NCBI GenBank assembly: GCA_023475565.1
Contig: JAMCVT010000104.1
Span: 11,486-75,485 of the forward strand
DNA length: 64,000 nt
From: Actinomycetota bacterium
GTDB taxonomy: Bacteria; Bacillota; Desulfotomaculia; Desulfotomaculales; Desulfocucumaceae
Direction of reading: 5' to 3'
The position numbers and the translations under genes are program-made. Shown piece after piece: positions 60,807 to 64,000 of this stretch (the stretch's first letter is position 1; each line of letters begins with the position of its first letter). The notes under the pieces were generated by a model. That model did not search any database, was not told where the DNA came from, and worked only from the letters and a program-made list of their open reading frames with translations.

Positions 60807-61333
60807 ACCTGCCGAACAGGGTTACACTGGTAAGGATATTTCTTATACCGGTATTTGTGGCTGTGGTCACACTGAGAATACCTTACGGGGACTATATAGC
60901 GGCGGTTATATTCATACTGGCGGCCAGTACCGACGGCCTGGACGGCTATATTGCCAGGAAGAGAAAAATGGTTACCAACCTGGGTAAGCTGATGGACCCC
61001 CTGGCGGACAAACTTCTGGTTTCCGCCGCGCTCCTGGTGCTGGTCGAGCTGCAGCGCCTGCCCGCCTGGGTGGCCCTTATAATAATAGGGCGGGAGTTTG
61101 CGGTAACCGGCTTAAGGGCACTGGCGGCCGCCGACGGGAACATAATTGCGGCCAGGTGGATAGGGAAAGTGAAAACAGTTACCCAGATCGTGGCCATAGT
61201 GGCCCTTTTTATAAGGGACCTGCCGCTTCTATTGGGCTATACGGCCATGGGGGTGGCGGTCTTTTTCACCATCTGGTCGGGCTGGGAATACTTCTACCGC
61301 AGTTGGTCGGTTATTAAGAATGACGGATACTGA
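60803..61333 (+). CDS. pgsA: CDP-diacylglycerol--glycerol-3-phosphate 3-phosphatidyltransferase
   Basis: MNLPNRVTLVRIFLIP, DGLDGYIARK and DPLADK. Confidence 0.93.
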   Translation: MNLPNRVTLVRIFLIPVFVAVVTLRIPYGDYIAAVIFILAASTDGLDGYIARKRKMVTNLGKLMDPLADKLLVSAALLVLVELQRLPAWVALIIIGREFAVTGLRALAAADGNIIAARWIGKVKTVTQIVAIVALFIRDLPLLLGYTAMGVAVFFTIWSGWEYFYRSWSVIKNDGY

Positions 61334-61337
61334 AGAC

Positions 61338-61397
61338 GGCTTATAGGTACTGCTTTGCGGTCGGAATTCAGAATACAGGAGTCAGAAGCCAGAATGG
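61338..61397. repeat. left flank and left arm only of a heptad-armed element (E8)
   Basis: GGCTTATAGGTACTGCTTT then GCGGTCGGAATTCAGAATACAGGAGTCAGAAGCCAGAATGG. No centre modules or right arm follow within the window. Confidence 0.85.
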
Positions 61398-61403
61398 GTT
61401 GGC

Positions 61404-61444
61404 AGAATAAAAAAGACCCCTCGACCTAATCGATCGTGGGGTTC
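61404..61444 (-). terminator. intrinsic terminator after hicB
   Basis: On the minus strand: GAACCCC...GGGGTC followed by TTTTTTATT. Confidence 0.6.
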
Positions 61445-61452
61445 TACTGTTC

Positions 61453-61908
61453 TTACCTCTCAATCCGCTGGAGGTCTAATATATTAACAAGACCTTCGCG
61501 GAGAACCTTTGAAAAATTGATATTTTTCTCCTCGCTTAATTCTTTTAACCACGTCGGCAGGGTAACGTTAACTCTGGAGTATTCTGTCTTTCTATTCCGG
61601 TATAACGAGAGAACCACGTCAACCAGGGCCACCGTGACCGTTCCTCCCTCCGGCGGCCTATCATATTCGAGCCCATTAACCGAGGTCGGCCCGGAAACAT
61701 CGTCGCCATCCTCGATCAGACCTTCCAGGTGGAGGGCAAGTCCTTCCCTGGCTGCGTCCAGGGCTTCCTCGAAGGTCGCTCCGGGGCCGGGGCCAGCGAT
61801 AAGGCCGGGGAGGTCGGGAAAGGTAATGCTGCATTGTTCTTGACCATCCTCGTCAGTCCAGAAATGGAAAACTGCTGGGTATACATAATAATTCTTAGAT
61901 TTATTCAT
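61453..61908 (-). CDS. hicB: HicB family antitoxin with C-terminal ribbon-helix-helix
   Basis: ATG 61908 follows GGAGG. YPAVFHFWTDEDGQEQCSITFPDLPG is the HicB fold pattern, and the RHH is RVNVTLPTWLKELSEEKNINFSKVLREGL. Confidence 0.85.
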   Translation of the reverse strand: MNKSKNYYVYPAVFHFWTDEDGQEQCSITFPDLPGLIAGPGPGATFEEALDAAREGLALHLEGLIEDGDDVSGPTSVNGLEYDRPPEGGTVTVALVDVVLSLYRNRKTEYSRVNVTLPTWLKELSEEKNINFSKVLREGLVNILDLQRIER

Positions 61909-61948
61909 TCTATATAAAACCTCCTTGTAGGGAGGCAGAGGGGGGAGA

Positions 61949-62146
61949 TTAGAATTTAATCCCCGACTGCCTTTCAATACTCTTTATGTCGTTTACTGAC
62001 AGCTTCTTCCCTGTGTGGAGTGATAGCGTTACTTTACCGGGTTTTACAGGGTGTTTATATTGCTTATGACCCCCCTGCCCTTTGATCTCGTACCATCCGT
62101 CTGCCAGGAGGATTTTTTCGATTTCCTTCGCTGAGTAGTGTTTCAT
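61949..62146 (-). CDS. hicA: HicA family mRNA interferase toxin
   Basis: ATG 62146 follows GGAGGG. SAKEIEKILLADGWYEIKGQGGHKQYKHP. Confidence 0.85.
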   Translation of the reverse strand: MKHYSAKEIEKILLADGWYEIKGQGGHKQYKHPVKPGKVTLSLHTGKKLSVNDIKSIERQSGIKF

Positions 62147-62167
62147 ACTGCCTACCCTCCTGCTAAT

Positions 62168-62197
62168 ATTATAATGCGCATTACGAATGCGTGTCAA
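62168..62197 (-). promoter_or_regulatory. hicAB promoter with palindromic operator in the spacer
   Basis: On the minus strand: TTGACA, 18-nt spacer, TATAAT. The spacer contains CGCATT-N3-AATGCG (62177-62191). Confidence 0.6.
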
Positions 62198-62233
62198 TAA
62201 AAATAGGAGATAATAACAAAGGGGGTGGACCCC

Positions 62234-63236
62234 AAGGGGGTCAGGCCTGAAACCTTGATATTTTGTGCAGCTTTTTTATATGTACTTCCACGCCTTCTTT
62301 CCCTCGGGCCAACATCTTGGATATTGCAGATTCAGTAATACCGAATGATTCTGCCAACTCACGGTGAGGTATTCTGGTATATTCCCTGCAAAAGTTTACC
62401 AGGGTTCTGCGGGCCAGCCCCAATTATTTTCTCCTGCTTCGGCTAATGAGTTCTTTTACCTCAACTTCATAAATATCTGCGATCAGTTCAATAAGTTCTT
62501 TCAGAGACTTTCGTATGAGTTGGTCTTCCAATTTTTCAGGTTCACCGTCATGAGGTCCTTCTTCAAGTTCAACCTGCTTATCTCTTCCTCTTCTTCCCCC
62601 ATAAAGTCCAGGTATCTGATAACAGCCTGTTGTTTGTTTTCAGAAAAAAGGCCAAGAGGATACGTAGTATCTGTAACCCTTCTTTTTTCAGCAGTTTATA
62701 TCGCTATGGCTGTTGTACGGATAGTCAATCCCGGTATCCATTTTTGCCCGTTCCGGATTCTGATGAACGTAACGTATAAGGGAAAGCAGGTAGATATCCT
62801 TGTTACAGAGTACAGCTTTATACCTTTGTTCAAATACATGCCCGCTGTGCCTATTCGTTTGATTGTACCACGTTGTGTAGGTCTGCTGGATGCCCTGCAT
62901 GATCTTCCAAAGCGGTTTATCCCCCACTTCTATAGCAGATGCACATGGTTCGACATAACCACCCAGGCATAAAGGCTGAATCCATACCGTTGCTTATATT
63001 TTTCTATTAATGACAGGTATTCTTTTTTCTCTAATTCCTGTTTAAATACCCACTCTTTGTTGTTGCCACGACAAATCACATGATATTAAAGCACCAGGGT
63101 AGTGTATCCTGGATTTTCTGGGCATTTATTTGTTCCTCCTTTCCTTGTTAAAAACACAAGAAAGCGGCAGGTTGTCTTCTGCCGCAAATATATTACTTGT
63201 CATGCATTATGTCAATTATTCAGGCCTGACCCCCTT
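62234..63236 (-). mobile_element. decayed Y1-transposase unit bounded by 18-bp perfect inverted repeats
   Basis: AAGGGGGTCAGGCCTGAA (62234-62251) is the exact reverse complement of TTCAGGCCTGACCCCCTT (63219-63236). Each arm contains the 10-bp palindrome TCAGGCCTGA. Confidence 0.75.
62241..63125 (-). pseudogene. IS200/RAYT-like Y1 (HUH) transposase with C-terminal HTH, disrupted
   Basis: The minus strand reads MPRKSRIHYPGAL, then a frameshift, then YHVICRGNN...SNHVHLL (HUH), a stop and frameshift, then VGDKPLW...GHVFEQRYKAVL (catalytic Tyr)...YVHQNPERA, a stop, a gap, and the HTH segment RELAESFGITESAISKML. There are at least two frameshifts and two premature stops. Confidence 0.8.
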
Positions 63237-63522
63237 TGCCCCTCATTTTTACGAACATCTTCCGATTAACATTTTTTACCTCTCTTGCAATTCCCTACTT
63301 ACACACATCAAAGAGTATACTTCCGTTTGTGACCTGGACAATAAGACCGGATTTTTGTTCCGGCTTAAAAAGATATTTTTAATGTGACAAAAAAAGTGAA
63401 GTTTTTCCATTGATAAAAGGAAAACAATATTTTCTGTGGAAATAATTAGTACAATTCAGTAATGCTTAGAAAATATCAGTTCAAAAACAATTTTTTTAAA
63501 CTGATTAATCGGGGGCAGATTC

Positions 63523-64000
63523 ATGAGCATACTTATTAAGCAACCTATCGTAAAACCTAAAATAGATTTAGCTCGTGTATCTACAGATGTTACAATCCCG
63601 CCCTGTGATCAAGTTAAAGTGATGTCGCCAGATCAGTTTGAACAATTTATTACAGAATGGATATACGGGTATAAGCAAAATAAATATTATAAAGTGATGC
63701 ATATTGGGGGAGCTGGCGATAAAGGACGAGACATTATAGGATATTATGACAATAAACACGTAGACTATTATCAGTGTAAGCACTATGGCTCTGCCTTAAC
63801 ACCTAGTAATTATTATTTGGAATTAGGCAAGCTTTGCTATTTTACTTTTATTGGGGAATACCCTATTCCTAATAAATATTATGTAATGGCTTCTAATGAC
63901 ATTGGTCCGAAATTAATCGACCTATTTTTTGATTCAGATAAATTAAGAAGTTCCCTATTAAGTAATTGGAGGAAATATTGTCAAATGGAAATTACAAAAA
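63523..64000 (+). CDS. 5'-partial CDS: protein with Mrr/PD-(D/E)xK-like restriction-endonuclease N-terminal domain
   Basis: It is not in the ORF track because it is open to the window end. ATG 63523 lies 7 nt after GGGGG. GGAGDKGRDIIGYYDNKHVDYYQCKHY fits the GDxGxD...QxK nuclease pattern. The DNA is strongly AT-rich. Confidence 0.6.
   Translation, partial: MSILIKQPIVKPKIDLARVSTDVTIPPCDQVKVMSPDQFEQFITEWIYGYKQNKYYKVMHIGGAGDKGRDIIGYYDNKHVDYYQCKHYGSALTPSNYYLELGKLCYFTFIGEYPIPNKYYVMASNDIGPKLIDLFFDSDKLRSSLLSNWRKYCQMEITK

Overview
The window is mostly a conserved core chromosomal segment of a spore-forming Firmicute. It looks Clostridia/Peptococcaceae-like, is moderately GC-rich, and uses GGAGG-type RBSs with frequent GTG/TTG starts. 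From about 21 kb to 61 kb, nearly every gene is on the + strand in classic synteny: dprA-topA-trmFO-xerC-hslVU-codY-rpsB-tsf-pyrH-frr-(ferredoxin)-uppS-cdsA-(permease)-dxr-rseP-ispG-proS-(glycosyltransferase)-rimP-nusA-ylxR-ylxQ-infB-rbfA-nrnA-truB-ribF-(2 small ORFs)-rpsO-pnp-(PhoR-like kinase)-phoU-yajQ-rimO-pgsA. The first 21 kb is more mixed. It holds a large PAS-GGDEF-EAL sensor, spoVR, an initiator tRNA-Met, a PAS/HD-GYP protein, aconitase, an actin-fold ATPase fused to beta-grasp repeats, a CaCA antiporter, and a split NHEJ set (ku, ligase domain, polymerase domain) interrupted by membrane-protein genes. The last 2.6 kb is an accessory island: hicAB, a decayed Y1 (IS200/RAYT-like) transposase gene bracketed by 18-bp perfect inverted repeats, and an AT-rich gene with an Mrr-like nuclease N-terminus cut by the window end. 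Four signals are not explained by the genes. (1) A very dense family of modular intergenic inverted-repeat elements, about 11 full, half or minimal copies. Their arms are tandem 7-nt CAG-phased repeats with termini CCGGTCGGAAT/ATTCCGACCGG. Variants have different heptads, and a one-sided heptad tract covers the rimO start codon. (2) A 46-nt motif is present three times in the same orientation, twice immediately upstream of start codons. (3) A perfect 22-bp inverted repeat lies inside pnp, and one arm replaces the normally invariant SVGE-type core motif. (4) The island junction sits exactly at a truncated copy of the heptad-armed element. All calls come from reading the sequence and ORF track by eye. 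Start codons are best guesses, and no database search was possible.
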